A stretch of DNA of 64,000 nt. Source: Camelus dromedarius. Its lineage: Eukaryota. Made by a program: the position numbers and the translations under genes. Below are positions 36,380 to 48,224 of this stretch, piece by piece (positions within the stretch are counted from its first letter, which is position 1; each line of letters opens with the position of its first letter). A model generated the notes under the pieces. The model did no database searches. It had not been told where the DNA came from and worked only from the letters and a program-made list of their open reading frames with translations. The DNA is taken from the NCBI RefSeq assembly GCF_036321535.1, contig NC_087436.1, forward strand, positions 99,016,001 through 99,080,000, written 5' to 3'.

Positions 36380-39095
36380 CGAAACACAAGGAGAAAACTG
36401 AAGCAAAAACCAAATTACATCAATAAGAATAAATAGCAAAATGGCAGATTTAAACCTAAGCCTATTAATAATTACATTATATGTAAATTATTTAAACACC
36501 ACCATGATAAGGTAGAGACTCTGATTGTGAATAAAATGCAAGCCCCAACTATATACTGCCAAAAAACCTCTAATTTAAATATAAGAGCAGAAATAAGTTA
36601 AAACTAAATGTCTGGTTAACAAAAGTATATCACACTAATACAAATTTTAAAAAAAGCTCAGTTGCTTATATTAATGTTAGACAAAGTCGATTTCAAAGCA
36701 AGACTAGGGATAAAGAGTTATTTCCGACTGATAGAAGGACATAGATCATCAAGAAACATAATGTCATCAAGAGGACTGAACAATTCTGAATGCTTAGGTG
36801 TCTAAAAACTGAGTTTCAAAATACATGAAGTAAAAATTGATAGACCTGAAAGTGGACATAAACAAATCTCCACATACAGTTACTGCCTTCTCTCAGTAAT
36901 CAATATTGCAAGTAGACAGAAAATCAGTTAGGCTGCAGTAGATCTAAACTATACAGTATACCTAAACCTATACCTAAACAACTCTATTTACAAACACCCA
37001 ATTATGAAATTTATAGAACTCTCCACTCGACAGCAGCAAAATATACATTCTTTTCAAATGCACATAAAACATTTTCCAAGATAGACTATGTTTTGAACCA
37101 TAAAGTAGGCCCTAATACATCTAAAAGGATTCAAATAACACAAAGTATATTATCTGATCACAGTATGTCAATTCCCTGCAAATTGATTTATAGATGCAAA
37201 GCAATCTCAATCAAATTCCCAGAAGCCTTTGTAGAAAATGACAGCTAAATTGATTCTAAAATTTGTATGGAAATCCAAAGAGATAGAATCATCAAGAGGA
37301 ACTTACAGAGAACAAAGTTGGAAGACCTACACTCCCTCATATCAAGATTTATAAAGCTACAGCAATGACAAAAGTTTGTTATTGGTGTAAAGATAATCAA
37401 ACCTATCATTGGCACAGAAAAAAAAAGAGCCCAGAAACAGACCCATGCATATATGGTAAATTGATATTTGAAAAATGTACCAAAGTAACTCAATGGGAAA
37501 TAGGTCTTTTCATAAAGTGTTGCCAGAATGTTTATACAGCCACATGCAGAAAATGAACTTCAACCCTTTCCTCATACAGTATAAAATATTAATTAAAAAT
37601 GAATAATAAATCTATATTTGAAAGCTAAACAGTACTTCTAAGAAAATTTAAAAATATTATCTATACAAAATCTTAGTGACCTTAAGTTGGACAAAGATTT
37701 AGTAAATAGACGCCAAAAGCACAAACTGTAAAAAAAACAGTAATAAATTGGATTCCCCAAAAGTTAGAATTTTTTTCATTTAAGAGAAAAACACTATTAA
37801 GTAAATGGAAATGTAAGCTACAGATGGGGAGAAAGTATGTGCAAAACACCTTTGTCAGATATATCTTTATCTAGAATATGTAGAGAACTCACAATGTGAT
37901 AATAAGACTGACAACTCAATTGAAAATGGACAAAGACTTGAACAACTTCATCAAAAATGAGGGTAGGTGTGGGCAAAATGAGTGAAGGTGGTCAAAAGTA
38001 TAAATTTCCAGGTATAACATGGAACCTAAGTCCTGGGGATGTAATGTACAGGATGATGACTATAGCTAACAGTACTGTATTGTATATTTGAAAGTTACTA
38101 ACAGAGTAGATCTTAAAAACTTTTACCACAAGAAAAAAAAGTGTAACTACATGTGGTGATGGATATTACGTAGTAATCATTTTGCAATATATACATATAA
38201 AACCATCATGTTGTACACCAAAAGCTAATACAAGGTTATAGGTCAATTATATCTCAATTTTTAAAAAGGAAAGAAAAAATTTAGAAATTGAAAAAAAGTT
38301 TATATAGTCATCCATTACAAGAAAAAGTATGTGACATCATTACTAATTAGAAATTAAATTAAAGTCACATTAAGTTCTACCACACATTCAATACTTGGTA
38401 ACTAAAATTTAAGACTTAAGTCAAATGTTAGCAAGCGTGTGGAACTACTGAAAACTTCATACAATGCTGGCAAGAATATAAATGTTATATTTTGCAAACT
38501 CTTTGGCAGTTTCTTAAAGTCAAATCTACACCTGCCATGTGACCCTACAATTCTACTACTAGGTATTTATCCAAAAGAAATAAAAACATGTGTCCACAGA
38601 AAGACTTTTGCATGAATGTTCTTGTGGCTTTATTTGTAATAACCTCAAAATGGAAAAATGCCCAGTGTCTCTCAACAGACAAGTGGATAAACAAGTTTTG
38701 GTATATTCATTCAGTGGAATACTGTAATTCAGAAATAGGATGGGAATGAACTGTTGGCACACGCAACAAACATGGAGGAATTTAAAAATTATTATACAGA
38801 GTGAAAAAGGCTCAAAAATAAATGTTATATGTGATTCTATTTTTACAAAATTCTAGAAAATTCAAATTAATCTACAGTGACAGAAGGAGATCAATGACTC
38901 CTTGGGGACCAGCAGTCTGAGGTGGAGTAGGGAATCCCAGAAGGAGCTGGAGGAAGTAAAATCACAAAGTGGGAACAGAACACTTTTGCCAGTGATGCGT
39001 ATGTTCAATATTATAATTGTATATTTTAAATTGTACACTTTCTCTCTATATAATATGCTGTAGCCAATTATAGCCTAATAAAGCTGTACAAAAGG
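36380..39095 (+). mobile_element. Old L1 (L1MD/MC-like): ORF2 endonuclease region, internal deletion, ORF2 3' part and 3'UTR
   Basis: 'aaatggcagatttaaacc...aattacattatatgtaaat' (ORF2 start); 'gagcccagaaacagacccatgcatatatggt'; 'ctaggtatttatccaaaagaaataaaaacatgtgtccacagaaagact'; 'aataaagctgt' end. Confidence 0.88.
37959..38279 (+). mobile_element. L1MA9-like 3' end nested in the older L1
   Basis: 'gggcaaaatgagtgaaggtggtcaaaagtataaatttcc...gtcctggggatgtaatgtacag...gtcaattatatctcaatt' plus A-rich tail; the host ORF2 resumes after it. Confidence 0.85.
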
Positions 39096-39494
39096 GAAAA
39101 AAGAATACTCTGCACATGAGCTCCTGTCAGAATCAAGTACATCACATTCTGAGGAAAACTGGCTCCTGGCCTACATAGATCCTTTTATACCATTCATACT
39201 GGGGTGAACTATGTCTGACATTATTTATGCAAGTTAACAGAGTCTCTAGTGTTGTCTCCTGATCAAAAAATTTGAAGCATTTTCAGGATTTTTAGAGCCA
39301 TCACTGGAGTATGCACTTCAAATTAGAAGCTTTCAGATGGTACTGACCAGCCCTTGGGTAAATATTCTCTCTTACAAAAACTAACCATCCCTACATTACT
39401 GATTAAAATTAGCTCACATACTATATAAAGTAAATTATAAAACAACAAAGTCACTCATGACCTAATTTATCTTAGCCTTGTTTTGTATCGCAAT

Positions 39495-39590
39495 AAAAAC
39501 GTAATGGTATCATTTACACTGCTGTAAAGGTCAAGAGAGATAATGTACATAGAGCACAAAGCACGAGTGCATAGTAAGTAGTCACTACTG
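39495..39590 (+). mobile_element. MIR 3' fragment
   Basis: 'ctgctgtaaaggtcaagagagataatgtacatagagcac...catagtaagt'. Confidence 0.55.
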
Positions 39591-39850
39591 CTTAATATGG
39601 ACTAAACTGCTTTACTATAGCACGGAACACCAGCTCATGAAATACTCACTTTCTGACTTCGCCAGCTCTAGGACTTTAAAGTAGTTGTCCAAGGGTTGCT
39701 TCCGTGGCTTCAGTGGAGGCTATTAATAATCAGGAGAGCTAGGAACATTTTTTTCCCTTTCTCATTCTCCTTTTTTCTGACTTGAGAGAGTAATGCTCCT
39801 ATTATATTATTTTCAAAAGGAGATAATAGAGGCCATTTATTTTTATAGCC

Positions 39851-40026
39851 CAGTGGTTTTCAGCCCAACTGCATATTAGAATCAAATGGGGAATTTTTTG
39901 AATGTCTGTAACTGGGCCTCATCCCAGACCTTGGAATCTCTGAGGGTGTGGCCCAGGCACCAATACAAAAGAAAAAAAAAAAAAATCCTGGGAATGTCTA
40001 ATGTATAGTAAAGACTGAGAACAGTC
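39851..40026. mobile_element. MER5A-like hAT-Charlie MITE
   Basis: 'cagtggttttcagc...ctgcatattagaatca...ctgggcctcatcccagacc...gaatctctgagggtgtggcccagg...gactgagaac'. Confidence 0.8.
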
Positions 40027-41072
40027 AAGTAACACTTTCTGTTATGAACTTTACTACTTTACAGAACTATGACTCCAGACAATTCTATGAAATTACAAGT
40101 TTACTTTTTCCAGAGAAGAAAAATATTTAAAGTCAAGTTTTAAGTTAGATTATTTTTTATAAGTTTTGGAATCATTGTTTTTTCCCACCTATAACCTGTA
40201 ATTTTCCTGACATTCTTCTTTCACTTTTGACTCTGTAAGGTATCTGTGTCCTATAAAGAGTTAAACAAACATAACACATCAGATCACTTTTTGACTGTGT
40301 GCTTTAAACCACTTATTAAATTTATTAAACTGTGCTTACTGTGAGTACATCAAACCCAAACTAAAATTAAATCAAGAGGTAGCAGATGCCAGCCATTCCA
40401 CTTAATTGTCTAACAGCATATGCAGAGAAACACAATCTCCAAGGCAACTGAGACATAAAACCACACAAAGATTTGATTTTGTTGATTGAAGTCAACACCT
40501 TCAATCACACAATGAAGAAAGGAAAAAAAGAAAAAGGAAGCTATTTCAAAGAACAGGTTAGTGTAGGTTATACAAGGTATGGTAATCTTGATCTGTAGAA
40601 ATTACTATTGGTATTCTGAGGCTTAAAGCCCGGATTAGTTCTTGGAATTATGCTATTGATAAATAGACTCAACTTTACCCAGAACAGCAAAAATGTATAA
40701 ATATATGTATATGTATACTTCTTTATATATATCGGAGATGCTGCTGATATTCACTTTGAAGAGTTTACAAAAAGTTGTGGCCTAAAGACATTGTCCACTG
40801 TTCACTGGGTGTGAAAATACTGTGAAGAGAGATGTGGGTGTACCTACTCTCCCTCTCAATGGTGTGAATGACTGCTCTCAACAGTCAGGAGTGCTATGAA
40901 TTTTACCTATAAAAGAATTAAAAACAAGCAAATTATTATTTTTTGAAAAAATTTCCTTTGCTCAATTAACAAAGCTTAAAAAAAGATGGGATGTTCAGTT
41001 CATTTATATGATAGAGAATTGCAAGAGAAAGAATATACTGAGAAACTATGATTACTTCACCCTGAGAGGAAG

Positions 41073-41182
41073 TATATTATATATATTTTATATATATATA
41101 TGTATTTTATATATATATATACATACACACACACACACACACACACACACTATATATATATAATATAATATAGTATATTATA
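41073..41182. repeat. (TA)n-(CA)n-(TA)n compound microsatellite
   Basis: Visible. Confidence 0.95.
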
Positions 41183-41332
41183 CTCTCAGGAGTCCTTTAG
41201 ATGCAAGATCATCATTAAAATTTAGTAGGCAATTTGTATACAATATCCTTCACTTTATCATTGCCTGGATACCTGATCCATCTCTTATTCTTTATATACA
41301 ATAGTGAAATACACACTGACAAACACAGGCAC

Positions 41333-41937
41333 TGTTATCAGTTTTTGCTGGGCAACAAACCACTCAAAAAACCCAGTTCCTTGAAGTTAACAACTGCTTA
41401 TTGAGCTCTTCTTGATTCTGAGAATTTGGGTTGGATTCATTTAGGTAATTCTCTGCTGACTTCATTCATTCATCTGTGGTCAGCTTCTAGTCAGCTCAAC
41501 AGGTCTGTTTCAGGAAGTTAACTGAATGACAGCTGGCCACTGGGCCACATGCCCTCTCTCATTCAGCCATCTAATCTGGTCTCAGTCACATGACAAAATG
41601 TTCCAAAAGAAGCAAATACAGATGCTCTTCAAGTTGATGTGTGCTTCACAATTGCCAATTTCCCATTGGCTAAGGCCAGTCACGTGGCCAGCATAGATTT
41701 AAGGAGTAAAGAAGGAGACTTTGTCTCTTGATGGAAGAGAAAATTTATCATCATTTTTAGAACCTCTCCTATTTCTCCTCTTCGCAGACATCTACTTTCC
41801 TTCCATATGCAAATGATATTCACTCCATCGCAAGATTCAACATTCTCACCTAGGCTTGGAGTCTAGGATCAAATGATGCTCATCAAGACCTGATACAGCT
41901 TCTCTTCATCCAGGAAAACTTATTTGCTTCCCACTCT
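41333..41937 (-). mobile_element. MaLR LTR (MLT1H-like, about 41333-41771) plus adjoining internal-sequence fragment
   Basis: 'caacaaaccactcaaaa...cccattggctaaggccagtcacgtggcc...ctcttgatggaagag'; then 'tactttccttccatatgcaaatgatattcactccatc', typical of MLT1-int. Confidence 0.75.
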
Positions 41938-41974
41938 GAGTAGGTGAACATCTTTCGCATTCCTGATACTTCTA

Positions 41975-42180
41975 TGCTTTTATTTACTTTCCATTGGCCA
42001 TGGTACATTTTTAGTTATTTGAACACTTGCTTTCATCCTAGAGTGAGTACAAGGCAGGCAGTACAGGGTCAGTATTTCATATATTTCTGCATATCCAATC
42101 TCAATGATTAGTTTTATATGGTCATGTTTTGTAAGCATCTTTTTGAATTTTGAATGAAGAAATGGTTGAATAAGTGAGTG
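41975..42180 (+). mobile_element. L2 3' end
   Basis: 'ctagagtgagtacaaggcaggc...tttttgaattttgaatgaagaaatggttgaataagtgagtg'. Confidence 0.55.
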
Positions 42181-43304
42181 ATAAATTTAATAGCCTGATA
42201 ATACAAGGAGGAATTCTTTACATAGTCTGAGGTAGGCTGTTTTTTGCAAGAGTAATATCCAAAATCCAGGTTTTATGGAATCACAAAGAGGTGAAAGCTT
42301 AATGTGACAATATCCAAATGAATCCTAGTTAGTGTATATCGTGCCATTTTCAACTTTGATTGGCACTGCATGAAAACTTAGAAAGTATTCATAAACTCAC
42401 AGGCGTAAGAGGAAAGAGTTGGTTAATTCAGAAAATATCAAAGGTCTTACCTGTAACTTCTGATTTCTAAAGATTCTGTATTATGTTGATGTTATCATTT
42501 GGATCATTTTTTGTTATCTGCATTTATATAATGTCTAAAAACAAATGTTAATGGGTAACACAGTAAATCTTTTTATTTTTATACTCCTGCCATTTTATAT
42601 AAGGAAAGTTAGGAAGACTCAGGTTTATCTGAAAATATAGAAAGTGATTCAGAATTTAAAAAACAACTGTGTGTAGGTATTTTTAGTATATAACATCGGT
42701 GGGCATTTCTGTGTGTGTTAGTCAGTGCTTGCTTACTGCTATTACCAATGTTTTATCTATCTAGCAGTATTTTTATAGGTGGACACATTTGTATTTCTCT
42801 GTGTTTCTGTATTACATTGATATTTCAATGGCCATATATAGGACTCTATTAATCTGTGCATAGTGGAATTAAGATATCTACATATCCATCATTTGTGGGT
42901 GCACTTGCTTGTTGGGTATGCTTGAGTTTGTCAAGGGATTGTGGAGGATTTCACGGGATGACATTATTTATAGGAACACTTCAAAATGATATGGCTATAG
43001 TGTACTTTGTAGCATGTATCTACTTATGAGAGGAGCATACAGTTGGATATACCTATTGGCTCTCTGTTTCTAAAGAAACTATTATGGTCAGTTGAGACAT
43101 CTGGCTATAAAAAAGTTCTCAACAATTTTATTTTTTAAAATGTTAAGATAAGAGTAGAAAACAAATTGTAGAACTGAACAGTTTGTGTTCTAATTGTTGC
43201 TTTACCATTTCTCAACAACTTTGAGTAAATTATTTACTGGATGTCAGTAACTTAACACCTCACATAAAATGGTTGTGTTGAATGGTCTCTAAATGCAGGT
43301 GCAT

Positions 43305-43525
43305 ACCTGTATTGAATACTGGAACCACCACTAATTGTATATATGACTTTGAGCAAATTATATCCCTAAATCTCAATTTCCTCATTTGTGCAATGACTCC
43401 ACTAATACCTACTGACTAGAGTGTGTGACAATAACATAAAATAAAATAACATAACGATTGCTTGAAATGAAGTAGCTTAAGTAGAGTGCACAGTGCTTGG
43501 CATGTAAAAGATGCTGAATAAATCT
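43305..43525 (+). mobile_element. MIR SINE
   Basis: 'tgactttgagcaaattat...ctcaatttcctcatttgt...cacagtgcttggcatgtaaaagatgctgaataaat'. Confidence 0.8.
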
Positions 43526-44017
43526 AAACTCCATTTCCCTATAAGCAGTAGAGTAAGAAAGAGAATGCAGATAACATTACAGTGAAAGTACACCACCAAT
43601 GCAAACAAAAGGCTATTATGGAATACCAGGAAATAAGAGGTAAAGTATTTTTAACATATCCATCTTCAAAATTAAAGTCAATAAATGTGAAGGCAAAAAT
43701 AATAATCAGAAACTATTTACCATACACCACTAGTATTCTAATTACAGTATAAACTTTTAAAATCAGGTTGACTTTCTTATTCTATTAAAAATCTAGAAGT
43801 AGATTCTGAAAAAGAACCCATAAGTTCATGGATGCTTAATGGCATTATTACCCCTTGCATCCAATTTGAAAACTAGGCTATTTATTTTTTCACTTCAAAT
43901 AGTTATTAAATGATACATATTATCCTATATTTTCTATTATTTTTCTCCTATTATATATTAATAAAGGGTATCTAGTAACATCCTGAAATAATGTCCCTTC
44001 TAAGACATTCCATCACT

Positions 44018-44198
44018 ATTATTTTTAGACACTATTTTTTTAGAGTAGTTTTATATTCACAGCAAAATTGAGAAAGGCACAGAGATATTTTGTATACTAC
44101 CTGCCTCCCCACATGCATAGCCTCTCCCATTTTCAACTTCCCTCATCAGAGTGATACATTTGTTACCATTGATAAAACTACACCAACACATCATTAAT
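44018..44198 (-). mobile_element. L1MC1/2-like 3' end
   Basis: 'tagagtagttttatattcacagcaaaattgag...cccacatgcatagcctctccc...catcagagtgatacatttgttac'. Confidence 0.85.
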
Positions 44199-44206
44199 GT
44201 GTTTAC

Positions 44207-44253
44207 ATATATATATACACGCACACACACACACACACACACATACATATACA
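44207..44253. repeat. (TA)n(CA)n microsatellite
   Basis: Visible. Confidence 0.9.
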
Positions 44254-44548
44254 TAAACATCTGTATAATTTATTTTTATATTTTGGACCTTGTCATACTT
44301 ATCTAAGTCCTTCCCATTTCACCCCTTAATTGTTAACTAATGGAGGCAAGCATTAAAGCACTTAAAACATTTATTTCAATGAATTGGCAGTGAACATTAC
44401 CTAAATTTCACTAAGAATTCTATGTATTAGAACAGTTTATTAGAAATATACAACTTGTTGCTATAAGACATAAGTATTTTGGATTAATTAAAAATTGATA
44501 GCAGATCTTTACTTTTACTTTCTTCCTAGTACTTTTTAAAGAAATTGT

Positions 44549-44694
44549 GATATCTTATAATAACTTTTAATGGAAAAAATATGAAAACAAATATATGTAT
44601 GTATATGCATGATTGGTACGTTATGCTGTACACCAGAGATTGACACACTGTAATTGACTGTACTTCAATAAAAATGCAATAAAAATAAAATAAA
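44549..44694 (+). mobile_element. Very short young L1 3' end, camelid-like
   Basis: 'aatatgaaaacaaatatatgtatgtatatgcatga...gctgtacaccagagattgacacactgtaattgactgtacttcaataaaa'; similar to 31372-31618. Confidence 0.88.
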
Positions 44695-45753
44695 GAACAT
44701 ATGAGGTTAATACATTCTAAATATTTCTTTTGCTTCATATACTTTTTTCATTTTTCAGGTTCCATTTTATTTATTCAACTAGATTATTTTTATAGAGCTG
44801 TTAATTTATATATTTAGAAGCATGACCTAGCTCTCATGGATTTCTTATGCTACCTGGTTTTACTTTCTCATCTTACTTAATGTCCTGTCACAACAACTGA
44901 CTTTTATTTAGTATAGTAAATACCATATATAATGTTGTAAAGAAGAAACAAAGAACCAAAAATCATAAGCAGATTCCTTCTTAGGTATAGTATTAAGTAT
45001 TTTGCCTAATGGTTATTAAAAAAAAAGTTCCTCTGAATGAAGAATGCAGATTTTAAATATACAATTCCATTCATTTTAAGGAATGTGATTAGGTAAAAAA
45101 AATAGTCCTTTTTACATATACTTACCCCTACTTTCTAAGCACTGTGAAATTTTTCCCTGTTGACATATGTTGGAATCGCAAGGCTCAAGCTCTAGAAATT
45201 TCTCAGCTCCTATATACTACTGAAACAAGAGAGGTAGTACCTATTATTAATGCTTTGCACAGAGACACTTATGTCTGGGGACAAAGAGGAGACAGTCTCT
45301 ACTCTAAAAAATTAGAAGTGCTACGAATCAGAGTCAAACAAATATTCATTTCCTACTGTAATAATATTCATTAAAATAAGCTCAAAGTAATTACTGAGGT
45401 TGTATTTGGTGATATAAAAATCTTATTATATATTTTAAAAGAAATATAAATACTGAAATTTGGGCTTCTCTTAAAAAAAAAACAAAAAACAAAAAACTTT
45501 GCATTATCAAAACTGACCACATTTTTTTTGTCTTAATTTCAGAACTTTCCCTTAATACAGCGGTACCTAATTTAACTTTTTTCTTCATAGAATTTACTTA
45601 CACAAAGCCCATCAAAACATTTATACCAATTCTTGATCACAAGGATACCACCCCAAGGGCCACATAAAAGAATTTCCAGATACACTGAGTGATTGTGTAT
45701 CAAGTACCTCCACGCATATTTACCCTTGACACTATTTCAACTACAAATATAAT

Positions 45754-46342
45754 TATAGTGTTAGTAGAATCCTAAAATGCTCCTAAGATTTTCAGTCATA
45801 ATTCTGGAGACTGAATAATGATGGTATATCACCTCCATGATTATGTTACATGATTCAGTTGACCTTAAAATTGGGGGAGGATCTAGGGAGCCTAAAAAAT
45901 TTCATAAACCCTCAAGAGCAGAGAGTTTTCTCTGGCAGGTAGCAGAAGAAGTCAGAGAGATTTCATGTGTGAAAAGGACTTGACTCATCCTCAATGGCTT
46001 TTAAAGGTGTCATAGGGCAAGGAATATAAGCCGCTTGTAGAAGCTGACAGCAGTCCCTAGCCAAGTACCAACAAAGAAACAAGGACTGAGGTCCCCCAGA
46101 AACAAGGCTGCTGAATTTGGCCAGTAACCTAAATGCAGGGAAGCAGATTCTTCCTCAGAATTTACAGTTAAGAATTCAGCCCAGCTGACACATTTATTCC
46201 AACCTTGTGATAACCCTAAGCAGAGAACCCAGTTGGGTCTACCTGAACTACTGACCTACATAACTGTGAGAAAATAAATCGGAATTGGTTTAAGTTGTCA
46301 GTTGTTTTGTAATCTGTTGCCTAGCAATAGGAAATTAATGTA
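45754..46342 (+). mobile_element. MaLR solo LTR, MLT1E-like, near full length
   Basis: 'ccatgattatgttaca...gttgaccttaaaat...gcagagagttttctctgg...gaagcagattcttcc...taagcagagaacccag...ctgtgagaaaataaat...agcaataggaaattaatgta'. Confidence 0.88.
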
Positions 46343-47816
46343 GTTTAGTTTCAATATTTTTAAAAAATTGAGAACAGATTCTATTTTCCAAATAAAATCC
46401 TTGTAGAAATCAGTATGCAAAACATGTATAAGCAGAGTTTCTTAGATTACAAAGGTGGTCAACTCTGTACATCAATTGACCCTAATTTCATTCCATATGG
46501 CCCTATCAGTGAACCCCAGGAATCTTCAGTAGCCGAGTAGAATCCCTGAACACGAAAATGCTATTTGAATATCAGAGCCAAAGGGTAAGGCATTTCAAAT
46601 GCAAAGTTTTTTCTCTCTGCACCTGGTATAGGATACAAATGAAACTTAGCCACTTGGATTTGTCAGTCTAGACAGCTTTTACCTATATCTTAATAGTTCT
46701 CACATCCAAATTCTGGCAGCAGCCTCTTGTACCTCCCAGTCTAAACAGAAAATAGCCCACTGCTAGCTCTAAACTTCCGCTCGGATGAAATGGAAAGAAA
46801 AAATACAGGAGAAATCATGTGACGCCGTACATCCCACATCGTAATGATTTCTTGCCAGGATACAAAGTATGCAAAAATACAATCTTCCTACACATATCCT
46901 GAAAGCCACGGAGCTTTTCATGAGTGAATTTCAACAATTAAAACAAAACATAACAACACAGCACTGAACAGCTATGTTGTAGCAGAGAAATCAACTGTTT
47001 GAACAAAGGATCGTCAAGAAAACAAATAGATTTCTCAAGAAAGCAAGCAGTTCTTAAAATTTTTCAGTTTAAAGATCAGCACATGCCTTTTAGATAATTC
47101 AGAGAAATATCTGAGTAGGATGATTTCCTTTTACAATGATTATTGGGTCAGTTATTAGCATTTGACATTTCTAAATTTGTACATGTAGAATTTCACTTTC
47201 CATGCACAGCACATTTCTTTCTCTATTCGTTTTCACTGCAAGGTGTTTGCTGAGCTTCTCAAATAGAATTTCCAGGCAATAGATAATCAGCTGAATAAAT
47301 TTGGGGAGATATTTTTTCCTGTATGATAGAGCATTGCTGCATAGCAAAACAACATACGGCTTGCTTCGGCAAAAGTATTACTGGTACCTCTTTGTTAATG
47401 CTCTTGCTTCTAAGTATTTCTAACAGAGATTCAAGCAGCTACTACTCATTTGTTTTGGATGGTTTTAATAATTATACTCTCCGTGTGAGTAACAGTCCCA
47501 AATACATGTTTTTCTGTACTCTTTTAATAATGTTTGAAATAAGTAGATCAAATATCACATACTGTCTTTGAATTCTACAACTCTGTAAGTTGTGGGGAAA
47601 AAAAACCTGATAGCAATGTCAATAATACTTGTTCATAGAAATGCAAATGAGTTTTATTCAGTGAATGTAGTTGGCCACTGCTTTGTGGATATTGACCAGT
47701 TTTGTATCTATTTGTCAATTCATTTCAGCATCCCTGATTGCCTATATACCCGTGCTATTTGAATTCTCCTTTGAATCAGTTGCAGTATCTTGCTGGTTTC
47801 TTCATTAATTAATGAC

Positions 47817-48224
47817 TGTATTGGTTTTTCTATTGCTGTGTAACAATTACCACAGGCACAGCATACACAATACAAATAAGTGATTTCAGAGTTTCTGTGT
47901 GTCAGCAGTGGGCATGGCTTAACTGGGTCCTCTGTTCAGAAAATCAAACTGTGGGCTCAGAATGTGAGCTGAGGCTGAGGGTTTTTTCCAAAGCTTTCTG
48001 GTTATTGGAAGAATTCAGTTTCTTATGATTACAGGACTCAGAACCTCAGCTCCTGGAGGCCTCCTGCTGCTCTCTGTCACATGGCTCTCCCCACAACATG
48101 GCAGTTTGCCTTTTCAAGGCCAACAGGAAAGTATCTTTGCTACTTCTACTCTCTGACTTCCTCCATCTCAGAATTTGGAGACCTATTTTTAAAGGGGTTC
48201 ACCTAACTAGGTCAGGCCTACCCA
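47817..48224 (-). mobile_element. MaLR LTR, MLT1E/F-like, truncated
   Basis: 'tgtattggttttctattgctgtgtaacaattaccac...ggcatggcttaactgggtcctctg...gaattcagtttctt...taggtcaggcctaccca'. Confidence 0.85.

Noticed and set aside
45680..46460. Possible old hAT-type element split by the MLT1E
   Set aside because: The flanks look vaguely transposon-like but I cannot identify TIRs or name the family.
47359..47372. GCTTGCTTCGGCA resembling the U6 snRNA 5' end
   Set aside because: Similarity stops after about 12 nt; no further U6 sequence.
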